The notes under the pieces are model-generated. The model ran no database searches and was not told the origin of the DNA. It saw only the letters and a list, made by a program, of their open reading frames with translations. The translations under genes were made by a program, and so were the position numbers. A stretch of DNA of 64,000 nucleotides, taken from positions 820,335 through 884,334 of the forward strand of contig DASYKI010000016.1 of assembly GCA_035995545.1 (NCBI GenBank). Direction: 5' to 3'. This document shows positions 33,208 to 42,351 of this stretch, piece after piece. Every line of letters begins with the position of its first letter. Positions within the stretch are counted from its first letter, which is position 1. The stretch comes from Candidatus Dormiibacterota bacterium. Its GTDB lineage: Bacteria > Chloroflexota > Dormibacteria > Aeolococcales > Aeolococcaceae.

Positions 33208-34638
33208 CTACGCCGCCGGCGTGAGTTCGACGGCGTCTTCGATTGCAGGCTCCTCAGGCTGCACCGGCGCGGCGGTGCGGCGCAGACGGGGCACGGCCAG
33301 GGCTGCGAAGCCACCCGCGGCGAGGACCGCCGCGCCCACGAAGATGGCGGGGATGACGCCGTCGGCGAAGATCTGCGGCGTCGCGTAGCCGCCGAAGTTG
33401 CTGAACACTGTGGCCAGAACTGCGACGCCGAGGACGCCGCCCAGCTCGCGGATGGCGTTGGTGGCGCCCGACGCCTGGCCCGCCTCCTCCGGCCGCACCG
33501 CGGCGAGCACCGCGTTGGCCGAGGGCGCGAAGACCAGGGCCATGCCGGTGCCGGCGAGGATGAACGGTCCCAGCAGGTCGACGTAGGGCGCGGTGGGCGC
33601 GAGCACCAGGCCCAGCCACCCCAGCGCGACGGCCTGCAACCCGAGACCGGCGACCATCAGCGGACGGCTGCCCACCCGGTCGCTGAGGATGCCCGCGACC
33701 GGCGCCACGAACATCGGCATGATCGTCCACGGCAGGGTGCGGATCCCCGCCTCCAGCGGCGAATAGTGCTGCGCCGTCTGGAAGAACTGGGCGAGCAGGA
33801 AGATCGAGCCGAACATCCCGAAGTACATCGCCAGCGACACCGCGTTGGTGGCGCTGAAGGCGCGGCTGCGGAAGAAGCGCAGCGGCAGCATCGGCGTCGC
33901 GGTACGCGTCTCCTGCACGGCGAAGGCGGCCAGCAGCGCAGCACCGCCGAGGCCGGCGCCGAGGACGGTGGCGCTGGTCCAGCCCAGCGCGCTGGCGCGA
34001 ACGATGGCGTAGACGATGCCGAACAGCCCGGCGCTGGCGAGGACGAGGCCGCGAAGGTCGAGATGGCGCGCGGTGCCGTGGCTCTCCCTGAGCCGGGCCA
34101 GTGCCAGCGGGACGACGACCATGCCGACGGGGACGTTGAGCCAGAAGATCCAGTGCCAGCTGAGCCCGTTGACCACCGCGCCGCCGACCACCGGGCCGAG
34201 GGCGACGCCGAGCCCGCTGATGCCCGCCCAGATGCCCAGCGCGACGCCGCGGCCGCCCTCGGGGAAGGCTTCGCTGAGCAGCGTCAGGGTGAGCGGTAGG
34301 ACCATGGCGGCACCGGCGCCCTGCAGCGCACGCGCGGCGATCAGTGCGGTGATCGACGGCGACAGCGCCGCCGCGGCCGATCCCAGCGTGAAGACGGAGA
34401 GGCCGATGGCGAACATGCGGCGGCGCCCGAAGCGGTCGCCGAGGGCGGCGCCGGTGAGCAGCAGGACGGCGAAGCTCAGCGTGTAGGCGTTGACCGTCCA
34501 CTCCAGCGAGTCGATCCCGCCACCGAGCTGCGCGCGGATGCTGGGCAGCGCGGTGGTGACCACCAGGTTGTCGAGGGTGACCATGAACAGCGCCGCCGAG
34601 ACCAGCGCCAGTGTCCATGCAGCTCGAGTTCTGGTCAT
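33208..34638 (-). CDS. MFS transporter, DHA2/EmrB-like (14 TM) drug:H+ antiporter family
   Basis: ATG 34638 has AAGGAG 6 nt upstream. The sequence contains LFMVTLDNLVVTTALPSI and GDRFGRRRMF, and about 14 hydrophobic helices. Confidence 0.9.
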   Translation of the reverse strand: MTRTRAAWTLALVSAALFMVTLDNLVVTTALPSIRAQLGGGIDSLEWTVNAYTLSFAVLLLTGAALGDRFGRRRMFAIGLSVFTLGSAAAALSPSITALIAARALQGAGAAMVLPLTLTLLSEAFPEGGRGVALGIWAGISGLGVALGPVVGGAVVNGLSWHWIFWLNVPVGMVVVPLALARLRESHGTARHLDLRGLVLASAGLFGIVYAIVRASALGWTSATVLGAGLGGAALLAAFAVQETRTATPMLPLRFFRSRAFSATNAVSLAMYFGMFGSIFLLAQFFQTAQHYSPLEAGIRTLPWTIMPMFVAPVAGILSDRVGSRPLMVAGLGLQAVALGWLGLVLAPTAPYVDLLGPFILAGTGMALVFAPSANAVLAAVRPEEAGQASGATNAIRELGGVLGVAVLATVFSNFGGYATPQIFADGVIPAIFVGAAVLAAGGFAALAVPRLRRTAAPVQPEEPAIEDAVELTPAA

Positions 34639-34667
34639 CTCTGTCTCCTTCTTGTCTTTGCAGTGAT

Positions 34668-34681
34668 TGATTGATCTATCA
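34668..34681. promoter_or_regulatory. Near-palindromic 14-mer TGATTGATCTATCA, candidate TetR operator between the tetR-like stop and the MFS start
   Basis: 12 of 14 positions are self-complementary. It sits in a visibly AT-richer 65-nt spacer directly upstream of the RBS of the MFS gene. Confidence 0.3.
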
Positions 34682-34703
34682 GTTGTCGGGGCAAAAAAGG
34701 GGG

Positions 34704-35264
34704 TCAGGCGCCGTGCGTCTTCTGCTCGAACAGCGGCCCGCACAGGTCGGCGAGGTCGAGCGCGGTGGTGACGTTGGCGAACATCCCGGCGGCGAAGAAC
34801 ATGGCCACCTCTTCGTGCGACGCCCCGCTGCGGCGCTGCACCTCGTCGAAGAGGGCGCGGTACTCGCGGGCGACGTGGGCTCGGATCTCGGGGTCGGCGA
34901 CCGCGTAGCTCTGCAGCTGGAGGAGCAGGGCGTAGCGGTCGGCGATCAGCCCCGGGTACTGCATGCCCATGCGGTGCAGCGCGTCCTCGGGAGAGGTCGC
35001 GCCCGTGACCGCCTCGCCGAAGGCCAGCCGGATCCGCTCGATGACGTGGTCGTGAACCGCCACGAAGAGCTCCTGCTTGTTGGGGAAGAGCGCGTAGATG
35101 TAGGGCTGGGAGATGCCGGCGCGGCGGGCGATGGCCGCGGTGCTGGCCGCCTGGTAGCCCTGCTCGGCGAACTCGCGCAGCGCCGCCAGGATCACCTGGT
35201 CGCGGCGGTCGGCGGCGCTCTGGCGCTGCCGGAGGGCGGTTCGCTGGGAGGGGGTCATCGCCAC
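34704..35264 (-). CDS. TetR/AcrR-family transcriptional regulator
   Basis: The N-terminal HTH is ILAALREFAEQGYQAASTAAIARRAGISQPYIYALFPNKQELF. It encodes 186 aa. Confidence 0.92.
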   Translation of the reverse strand: MAMTPSQRTALRQRQSAADRRDQVILAALREFAEQGYQAASTAAIARRAGISQPYIYALFPNKQELFVAVHDHVIERIRLAFGEAVTGATSPEDALHRMGMQYPGLIADRYALLLQLQSYAVADPEIRAHVAREYRALFDEVQRRSGASHEEVAMFFAAGMFANVTTALDLADLCGPLFEQKTHGA

Positions 35265-35282
35265 TGATTATTGGTTGACCGA

Positions 35283-36566
35283 TCAGAAGATGTCAAGGGG
35301 GGCATCCTGGCGCGGGACGGGCTCGGCAGCTACCAACGCCATGCTGCTCAGCCGTCCCAGCGGAGTCGCGAAGACGGTCACGCTGCTGGCCAGCGCGATC
35401 ATCCCGCCGAGGATCAGCGTCTGCGCGTGTCCCCACGTCGACGCCAGCAGGCCGCCGAGCACCGACGCCACCGGCTGCACGCCCCAGAAGAAGGCGCGGA
35501 AGGTGGCGTTCATGCGGCCTTGCAGCCGCGCCGGCGTCAGCAGCTGGCGCAGGCTCACCTGGTTGACGTCGTACGCCACGGCCGCCAGGCCGAGCAGGAA
35601 GGACAGGATGGCCAGCGTCGGCACCGCGGGAGTGAGCAGCGTGAGTGGCAGGCCCGCCACGGTCAGCGCGGTGAGCGCCTGCATCACCGCCAGGGTGGGC
35701 CCCAGGCGGAGCAGACGCACCAAGCGTGCGGCGAGCAGCGCGCCGAGCAGCTGGCCGATGCCTTCGAGGGCGAAGACCAGGCCCGCGGTGGCCGGCGCCA
35801 GGTGCAGGTCCTCGTAGATGAAGATGAGCATGATCGGCAGGGCGAGATACAGGCCCAGGCAGGCGCCGGTGCTGGTGAGCAGCAGGCTGCGCAGGATCTC
35901 GTGCCCGAAGACGAGGCGAACGCCTTCGCCCAGCTCGCTGCGCATGCCGCGGCGCGGGTGCGCCGCATCGCTCGCGGTGGCTTGTTCCGGTGTTCTGATC
36001 AGCAGCAGCGCGGCGACGGACACCACGTAGGAGACGGCGTCGGCGAGCATCGACCTGGCGGCACCGAAGCCCTGGATCAGCACGCCGGCAAGGCTCGGTC
36101 CCAGCAGCCCCGAGATCGAATAGCTGATCTGCAGCTTGGTGTTTCCCTCGACCAGGTCACGGGACTCGACGAGCGACGGCAGGTAGGCGAGATAGCTGAC
36201 GTCGAAGGCGACGCTGAAGGTGCCGAGCAGCACGGCGACCGCGTACAGGTGGGTGAGCGTCAGGTCACCCCCCATCGCTGCCACCGGGATCGAGGCCACC
36301 GCCAGCGCCCGGCCGACGTTGGCGGCGATCATGATCGGCCTGCGTCGCACGCGATCCACCCAGACGCCGGCGAACAGCGCGAGCAGCGGAAAGGGAATGC
36401 GCTGCACCGCCGCGAGCAGACCGACGTGCAACGGGCTGGCGTGCAGCACCAGGATCGCGATCGTGGGCAGGGCCAGCATGGTCACCGCCGTTCCCACCAG
36501 GCTGACCGTCTGCCCCGCCCAGAGCTTGAGAAAGTCGGTCTGCCGCCACAGCCGCCCCGCGAACAT
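35283..36566 (-). CDS. MFS transporter (EntS/MFS_3-like, 12 TM)
   Basis: The start is ATG 36566 (MFAGRLWRQTDFLKLWAGQTVSLVGT), 2 nt after the stop of the upstream ArsR-like gene. This is the real part of track ORF 35283..36746. Confidence 0.88.
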   Translation of the reverse strand: MFAGRLWRQTDFLKLWAGQTVSLVGTAVTMLALPTIAILVLHASPLHVGLLAAVQRIPFPLLALFAGVWVDRVRRRPIMIAANVGRALAVASIPVAAMGGDLTLTHLYAVAVLLGTFSVAFDVSYLAYLPSLVESRDLVEGNTKLQISYSISGLLGPSLAGVLIQGFGAARSMLADAVSYVVSVAALLLIRTPEQATASDAAHPRRGMRSELGEGVRLVFGHEILRSLLLTSTGACLGLYLALPIMLIFIYEDLHLAPATAGLVFALEGIGQLLGALLAARLVRLLRLGPTLAVMQALTALTVAGLPLTLLTPAVPTLAILSFLLGLAAVAYDVNQVSLRQLLTPARLQGRMNATFRAFFWGVQPVASVLGGLLASTWGHAQTLILGGMIALASSVTVFATPLGRLSSMALVAAEPVPRQDAPLDIF

Positions 36567-36568
36567 GG

Positions 36569-37177
36569 CTACACCACGGGCAGCGTGCGGATCGACACGT
36601 GGCACTGCCGCGCACCCGCGGGGCGCGCGCTCTTGTCCTGGCGCACGTACGGCGCGACGATCTCGGCCATGCGGCGGCCGATGTCGCGGAGCTCCTCGGC
36701 GGTTGCGTGGATGCCGGTGTCGTCGAGCAGCGACGCGGCCAGCCACGCCTCCTCGACCTCACCGCGCTCCGCCGCGTCGAGGAAGGCCAGGGCCACGTCG
36801 GTCCCGTCACGCAGCGAGGCTGCCGCCACCGCGATCGCCGGCGTCCGCGTCGCCGGGGCCAGAAACGCGCCGGCCTCGATCCGCGTCCCCCGCTGCCCGG
36901 CCCGCCACCAACGCTCGCGGCCGACCCCCCGATCGGGCACCTCCTCGACCAGCCCGTGGGCGCCAAGCTGCCGGAGGTGGTAGCTGGCCGACGCCGGGCT
37001 CTGCCGGGTGGCCTCGCCGAGCATCGTCGCCGTCGCCGGCCCCTCGGCACGAAGCCGGCGGAGCAGCTCGAGCCGCCGCGGATGGGCCAGCGCCCGCATC
37101 ACCCGAGGGTCGTGGACGGCCGGCGCGGCGGTGCTCTCGCTGGTCCGGGCACGCCGGCTGCGCTTCTCGAAAGACAT
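36569..37177 (-). CDS. ArsR-like winged-helix transcriptional regulator
   Basis: The start is ATG 37177 (MSFEKRSRRARTSE). The wHTH is VMRALAHPRRLELLRRLRAEGPATATMLGEATRQSPASASYHLRQLGAHGLV. Confidence 0.8.
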   Translation of the reverse strand: MSFEKRSRRARTSESTAAPAVHDPRVMRALAHPRRLELLRRLRAEGPATATMLGEATRQSPASASYHLRQLGAHGLVEEVPDRGVGRERWWRAGQRGTRIEAGAFLAPATRTPAIAVAAASLRDGTDVALAFLDAAERGEVEEAWLAASLLDDTGIHATAEELRDIGRRMAEIVAPYVRQDKSARPAGARQCHVSIRTLPVV

Positions 37178-37226
37178 GTTGCGAAAGATATCTTGCGAGA
37201 GAACCGGCGTCAAGCGGGCTCCAGGC

Positions 37227-37817
37227 CTACCTGCCGCTCGCGTCGCGGGCCGCCTGCTCCACCCGGAGGCGATGGGCCTCCCACCAGTCCCGGTCGCCCT
37301 CGGGCAGGTTGGACACACCCTCGCGCAGGCCCACCGCCCCGTCGATGAGCTCGCGGACGATGTCGGCATGCCCGGCGTGGCGGTTGGTCTCGGCGACGAC
37401 GTGGACGAGGACGCGGTGCAGCGGTGTCTCGCGCCGGTCCGGCGGCCACCACGGCACGGTGCCCATGGTGTCGAGGGGTAGCTCGGTGATGGTCACGTCG
37501 GCGTGGGCCCAGACGCGCCGGTAGAGGCCGGCGATGTCCGCCCCGGATTCCTCGGGCGTGGCCCACAGGTCGGCGTTGGGCTCGGCCCCCTCGTCGGACC
37601 ACGGCATCGGCTCGGGGAAGGGGCGCCCGAAGGTCGCGCCGAAGTAGCCGGCCTCGACGCCGGCGAGGTGCTTGACCAGGCCGAGCACGTTGGTGCCCGT
37701 GGGGGTGAGCGGCCGCCGCGCGTCGTACTCGCTCAGCCCGTCGAGCTTCCACAGCATGGTCTCGCGAGCGGTCTGCAGGTAGCGGTGGAGGTCCGACTTG
37801 GGGTCGTGGGCAGCCAT
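37227..37817 (-). CDS. DinB/DUF664-family protein
   Basis: The sequence reads DLHRYLQTARETMLWKLDGLSEYDARRPLTPTGTNVLGLVKHLAGVE...HVVAETNRHAGHADIVRE. The start is 37817, with the longer option at 37862. Confidence 0.85.
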   Translation of the reverse strand: MAAHDPKSDLHRYLQTARETMLWKLDGLSEYDARRPLTPTGTNVLGLVKHLAGVEAGYFGATFGRPFPEPMPWSDEGAEPNADLWATPEESGADIAGLYRRVWAHADVTITELPLDTMGTVPWWPPDRRETPLHRVLVHVVAETNRHAGHADIVRELIDGAVGLREGVSNLPEGDRDWWEAHRLRVEQAARDASGR

Positions 37818-37916
37818 GGCCCGAGCATGCCACGCGGCCGGCCATGCGCACTGGCTCCGCATCGCTCACAATCGCGGCGAGCGGTGCCCGCCGCACAGGT
37901 CACACCAGGGGGTCGC

Positions 37917-40118
37917 ATGCCAGGCAGGCCGGGTGGGTCGCGGCGCCGTCTTCTCGCCGCCGTGCTCGGCGCGGCCTTCGCGGCCGCCCTGGTGCCGCTG
38001 CCGGCCGGGGCGGCGACCCCGTCGCCCTCGGCGTCGCCGACGGTCGCGCCCACGCCGGACACCGCACCGCCTCCCAGCGGCGCCGGCTCGATCACCCGGC
38101 TCAAGCTCGGCGGGGCCAACGAGGTGGTGACCCGCTGCCTGGCGAGAACCGCCGACGGCGCCGTCTGGGCGCTCATCGCCGGCCCCAGGTACCGGCTGGT
38201 GCGGGTTGGGACCGACCAGTCGGTCAGCTCGTTCGCGCTGCCGGGGCCGGGAGCCTCGCCGGGCCTCGTCAACCAGTGCATGGCGGTGTCGAGCGACGGC
38301 GGCATCTGGCTGGCCGGCACCGACCCAACGTCGGTGGTGCGCTTCGACCCGGCGACGCACGCCACCAGGCGGCTGGCCACGCCCACCGCCGCCGCGAGAC
38401 CCACCGAGATCGCCGCAAGTCCTGACGGGACGGTGTGGTTCGACGAGTCGGCGCCGCACAACGTGGCCCACGTCGACGCAGCAGGACGCGTCACCGAGTA
38501 CGCGCTGCCGGGTGCCAACTTCGGCCCCTACACACTGACGGTGACTCCCGACGGCCACGTGTGGGCGGGCGCCAACGGCGGCAGCGCAACCGACCCGGCA
38601 ACCGGCAACACGGTGCGAGAATCCATCTTCGAGCTGGATGCGCGGGGCACCGTGCTGCACCAGCTGGCCGCCGCCCAGAGCGTCGTCGGCGCCATCTCCA
38701 TCGGGCTCCACGTCTACGCCGTCGCCGCGGGTCCGGGCGCCCGTCCGTACTTCAGCTGGGGCCCATACCCGTACGGGCTCGGTGTGGTGCAACCCGGCCC
38801 ATCGGTCAAGCAGATCGGCTGGCCGGTGGGCGACATCCCCTCGGTGCTCGCCAGGGGCGACGACGACCGCCTCTGGTTCGTCGTCCCGCCGACGTTGAAC
38901 TACGGGTACTTCGACCCGAAAACCCAGGCGGTGCGGGCATTTCACGCGCCCAAGGGGGTGCAGCCCGCGGGGCTCACCGCGGGGCCCGGTGGCAGCATGT
39001 CCTTCACCGCCGACGACGCCTTCCTCTACCGCGTCGAGACCGGCGTCGCCTCGGGCAACGCGCCGCTTGCGACGGTGGCGCCGTCGTCGACCGCCACCTC
39101 GCTGCCGACTCCGGCCCGCGCCTTCGGCAACGCGGCGGTGGTGGTCACCAGCGTCGCCCTCGCCGTCGGCGGCACGCTGTTCATCACCTTCCCGGCGCAG
39201 CTCTTCAACCTCACCTTCCAGGAGAACTACCCGACCATCGCCGCCTGGCTGGCACGGCGCCGGGGGCGCCGCCGCGGCAGGGCGGCGACGCCGAGACGCA
39301 GGCGCCTCACCTTCGCCGCGGTGATCGCGGTCGGCGCCCTCTTCGGCGCGCTGCTCGACCCGGGCTTCGGACGCAGCTGGAGCTCGGCGACGAGCTGGCT
39401 GGCCACCGCGCTGGCGCTGCTCGCGGCCGCATCGGTGATCGGCGCGGTCACCAGCGTGTATCACCGCCGCGCCGGCCACCCCGAGCGACCCTACCCGCTG
39501 GCGCTGCCGCTGGGTCTCGCCGTCGCCGCGGCCTGCGTGCTGGTCTCGCGACTCGCGTCCTTCCAGCCGGGGTATCTCTACGGCGTCGTCTGCGTCTTCG
39601 CCTTCCGCCGCACGTTGACCACGCGCGAGCAGGGACACGTGGCCACCGTGTCGACGCTCACCACCCTGGTGGTCAGCGTGATCGCATGGCTGCTGTGGCT
39701 GCCGGTCAGCCACGCCGCCACGCAACCGGGGGCATGGTTCGGCGCGGTGCTCGTGGACGACTTCCTCGCCGCGATCTTCGTCTCGGGCCTGGTGGGCAGC
39801 GCCATCGGCCTGCTGCCACTGCGATTTCTGGCCGGCGGCGCGATCCGGCAGTGGCGGCCGGTGGTGTGGGCGTCGCTGTTCTCGCTGGCGATGTTCGGCG
39901 TCATCGACGTGCTGCTGCGCTCACCGGTGTCGCCCGGGGCAGGCCATGCACCGCTGCTCACCACCGTCGTGCTCTTCGTCGTCTTCGGCGGCGTCGCCGT
40001 CGCCTTCCGCGAGTACTTCGCGCGGCGCTGGCGCGCCGAGCACGGGGTTACTGTGCGCGGGTTCCGGGCGTGGGCACGCGACCTGTTGTCGTCACATGTG
40101 GCTCCAACTCCGCGATAG
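37917..40118 (+). CDS. Secreted Vgb/streptogramin-lyase-like beta-propeller fused to a C-terminal polytopic membrane domain
   Basis: ATG 37917 is followed by a signal peptide (RRRLLAAVLGAAFAAALVPLPAGA). Propeller-like repeats include PTEIAASPDGTVWFDESAPHNVAHVDAAGRVTEYALP and TLTVTPDGHVWAG. The last roughly 330 aa contain about 7-8 hydrophobic helices. Confidence 0.75.
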   Translation: MPGRPGGSRRRLLAAVLGAAFAAALVPLPAGAATPSPSASPTVAPTPDTAPPPSGAGSITRLKLGGANEVVTRCLARTADGAVWALIAGPRYRLVRVGTDQSVSSFALPGPGASPGLVNQCMAVSSDGGIWLAGTDPTSVVRFDPATHATRRLATPTAAARPTEIAASPDGTVWFDESAPHNVAHVDAAGRVTEYALPGANFGPYTLTVTPDGHVWAGANGGSATDPATGNTVRESIFELDARGTVLHQLAAAQSVVGAISIGLHVYAVAAGPGARPYFSWGPYPYGLGVVQPGPSVKQIGWPVGDIPSVLARGDDDRLWFVVPPTLNYGYFDPKTQAVRAFHAPKGVQPAGLTAGPGGSMSFTADDAFLYRVETGVASGNAPLATVAPSSTATSLPTPARAFGNAAVVVTSVALAVGGTLFITFPAQLFNLTFQENYPTIAAWLARRRGRRRGRAATPRRRRLTFAAVIAVGALFGALLDPGFGRSWSSATSWLATALALLAAASVIGAVTSVYHRRAGHPERPYPLALPLGLAVAAACVLVSRLASFQPGYLYGVVCVFAFRRTLTTREQGHVATVSTLTTLVVSVIAWLLWLPVSHAATQPGAWFGAVLVDDFLAAIFVSGLVGSAIGLLPLRFLAGGAIRQWRPVVWASLFSLAMFGVIDVLLRSPVSPGAGHAPLLTTVVLFVVFGGVAVAFREYFARRWRAEHGVTVRGFRAWARDLLSSHVAPTPR

Positions 40119-40299
40119 CGCCGCGGATCAGTCGCATGGTCGCGTCGAGCTCGTCGAGCGCCTCGTGCAGGCCGGCCGCAACGCCGGCGTCGCTCACCTT
40201 GGCCGCCGCCACCTGGATGGCCAGGCCGGTGGCGAAGAGCCGCTGCAGCACCACGTCGAAGAGGTCCTGCGCGGCGCCCGTCTGGTTCACGGCGACCAT
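40048..40299 (-). CDS. Stand-alone HisKA_3-like DHp mini-protein lacking the phospho-acceptor His (or a kinase remnant)
   Basis: AAQDLFDVVLQRLFATGLAIQ...LDELDATMRLIRGAIAEL matches the HisKA_3 helix pair but reads DLFD where DLHD is expected. There is no ATPase domain. The start is ATG 40299 or the longest-ORF start at 40323. The 3' 71 nt overlap the end of gene 37917..40118. Confidence 0.5.
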   Translation of the reverse strand: MVAVNQTGAAQDLFDVVLQRLFATGLAIQVAAAKVSDAGVAAGLHEALDELDATMRLIRGAIAELEPHVTTTGRVPTPGTRAQ

Positions 40300-40379
40300 C
40301 GTGCCGCAGCGTCCCCGGGGCAAACCAGGGCCGAACGTCTCGACCAGGGGAGTGCTGTTCGGCCCGGAGCGGCCGTTCG

Positions 40380-41306
40380 TCAGCGGGCCGGAGGCGCCGG
40401 CGCGGCTTCCAGGGCGGCGCGATCCCAGTGGCCGAGCTCGGCGGCCGCCTCGTAGGTGCTCTGCAGGAAGTTCAGGACAGTCCTGTCAGGATCGGGCGAG
40501 CGCCGCACCTCGGCATAGGGAAGGAGGAACTCGCGCATGGCGGCGTCGTAGTACGCGGGCGCGGCCACCGGCCAGCCGCCGAACCCCTCCGGCTCCGGAT
40601 ACGCGTAGGCGTAGAAGGCGCCCTCGCCGCCGGCGCCCGGCCAGAAGCCCGCGCTCGACAGCTCGTGGCTGTAGGCCAGCTCCTGCACCCAGTCCGGGCA
40701 GTTGGGAACTCCCCCCGGGTGCCTGGGCGCGGGCCGGCCGGAGAAGCGCGTGGCGGCCATGTCCGCGCCGCCCCAGAAGAAGTGCACCGGGCTGGCCTTG
40801 CCGATGAAACCGGAGCGGAACTGCGTCAGCAGCCGGTGGGTCTGCAGCAGGGCCTGCCAGAAGCGCCGCGCCGCGCCGGCATCGTAGGCGCGTTCGGCGA
40901 CGTCCTCGGGGAAGGGGATGGCCACCATCACCTCCTGAGGGCGCGGGTAGATGCTCACGTGCACGCCGACGTCGTCGAGCGCCGCCATCACGGCGGCGTA
41001 GAAGCTGGCCACCGAGCGCGGCTGCAGCGCCACCGTGCGCCGCTGCCCGTCGCTGGTGCGCACCACCAGCACGTCGTCGAGGAAGTCGAACTCCAGCTCG
41101 ACGCCGCGGTCGCCCGCGGGCATCGTCGACGTGGTCAGCCCGCGCGCCGACACGTACAGGGTGACGTGCCACCAGTGGTTGACCATCGGCGCCAGGGCCA
41201 TGCGCACCTTGCCGGCGATCTGCGTCCAGAGGTGCAGGGTGTCGCGCGTGTCCGCCCAGCGCGACAGGGTCAGGTCCGGCCAGGCGCTCACGTCGACGCT
41301 TGCCAT
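40380..41306 (-). CDS. DUF5996-family protein
   Basis: The start is ATG 41306. The sequence reads WPDLTLSRWADTRDTLHLWTQIAGKVRMALAPMVNHWWHVTLYVSARGLTTS, which I recognise as characteristic of DUF5996. Confidence 0.8.
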   Translation of the reverse strand: MASVDVSAWPDLTLSRWADTRDTLHLWTQIAGKVRMALAPMVNHWWHVTLYVSARGLTTSTMPAGDRGVELEFDFLDDVLVVRTSDGQRRTVALQPRSVASFYAAVMAALDDVGVHVSIYPRPQEVMVAIPFPEDVAERAYDAGAARRFWQALLQTHRLLTQFRSGFIGKASPVHFFWGGADMAATRFSGRPAPRHPGGVPNCPDWVQELAYSHELSSAGFWPGAGGEGAFYAYAYPEPEGFGGWPVAAPAYYDAAMREFLLPYAEVRRSPDPDRTVLNFLQSTYEAAAELGHWDRAALEAAPAPPAR

Positions 41307-41376
41307 GCCTGCGATGATGACAGCCCGGACGGTGCTCAGCGACCCGGAACGGGCGTGCGCACGGAGCCGATCCGCA

Positions 41377-42342
41377 TCATTCGCGGGGCACGTCGTCGGT
41401 GGAGACGATGCCGACCAGCCGGTCACCGTCGACCACGAGCACGCGCGTTGCCGGGTACCGGTCCACGCGTCCGAGCAGCTCCACCAGCGGCTCGTCGGGA
41501 CTCGCGACGGCGTACTCATCGGGCCACGACATCACGTCGCGCACGCGGAGATCGCCAGGGGCGCGCACCGCAACCGGCTGGGGTGCCATGGCACGCGCCA
41601 GCGGCATGCCGCGCAGCGTGTCTCGCAATATCGACTGGGTCGCCTCGGCGCGCGCCGCACCGGCGAGGAACCAGCCCAGGAAGATCAGCCAGATGCCGCC
41701 CAGGCTGCCGGTGGCCAGCAGCTCCACCACGCCGCCGACTCCCAGCAGCCAGCCGAAGAAGTAGCCGGCGCGGGCGGCGGTGCGGGTTGCCGCGATGCGA
41801 TCGCGGCGGCGGCGCCAGAGGATGGCGCGCAGCACGCGCCCGCCGTCGAGCGGAAAGGCGGGCAGCAGGTTGAAGACGGCCAGCAGTGCGTTGACCCACG
41901 CCAACCAGGCGGGCACGGCCACGATGAGCGCGGGAACGTGCAGCGCCGACAGCACGAACGCGAGCACTCCCATCACTACCGCGATGACAAAGCTGGTGGC
42001 CGGTCCGACGATCGCGATGCGCAGCTCGGAGCGCGGATCGCGCGGGTCGCCCTGCAGCCGCGAGACCCCGCCGAACAGCCACAGCGTGATTCCCTCGACG
42101 GCCATGCCCCGCCGCCGCGCCACCAGCGAATGGGCGATCTCGTGGGCCAGCAGGGACACGTAGAAGATCAGTGCGGCAAGGACGGCGGCACCCCAGTACG
42201 CGGCGCTCCCCGCGCCCGGCGCGGCGTTGGGAAAGACGGTCTGGGCGAGGCTCCACGACACCAGCCAGAAGACGAAGATCAGGCTCCAGTTGAGCCCGAC
42301 ACGGATACCGAAGATGCGTCCCAGCGGCACGCTCTCGCCCAT
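41377..42342 (-). CDS. Site-2 protease (peptidase M50) with a C-terminal CBS domain
   Basis: Motifs are the HEIAH zinc motif, [11 protein letters not shown], and a C-terminal CBS-like segment [25 protein letters not shown]. Confidence 0.9.
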   Translation of the reverse strand: MGESVPLGRIFGIRVGLNWSLIFVFWLVSWSLAQTVFPNAAPGAGSAAYWGAAVLAALIFYVSLLAHEIAHSLVARRRGMAVEGITLWLFGGVSRLQGDPRDPRSELRIAIVGPATSFVIAVVMGVLAFVLSALHVPALIVAVPAWLAWVNALLAVFNLLPAFPLDGGRVLRAILWRRRRDRIAATRTAARAGYFFGWLLGVGGVVELLATGSLGGIWLIFLGWFLAGAARAEATQSILRDTLRGMPLARAMAPQPVAVRAPGDLRVRDVMSWPDEYAVASPDEPLVELLGRVDRYPATRVLVVDGDRLVGIVSTDDVPRE

Positions 42343-42351
42343 ATCAACCCA

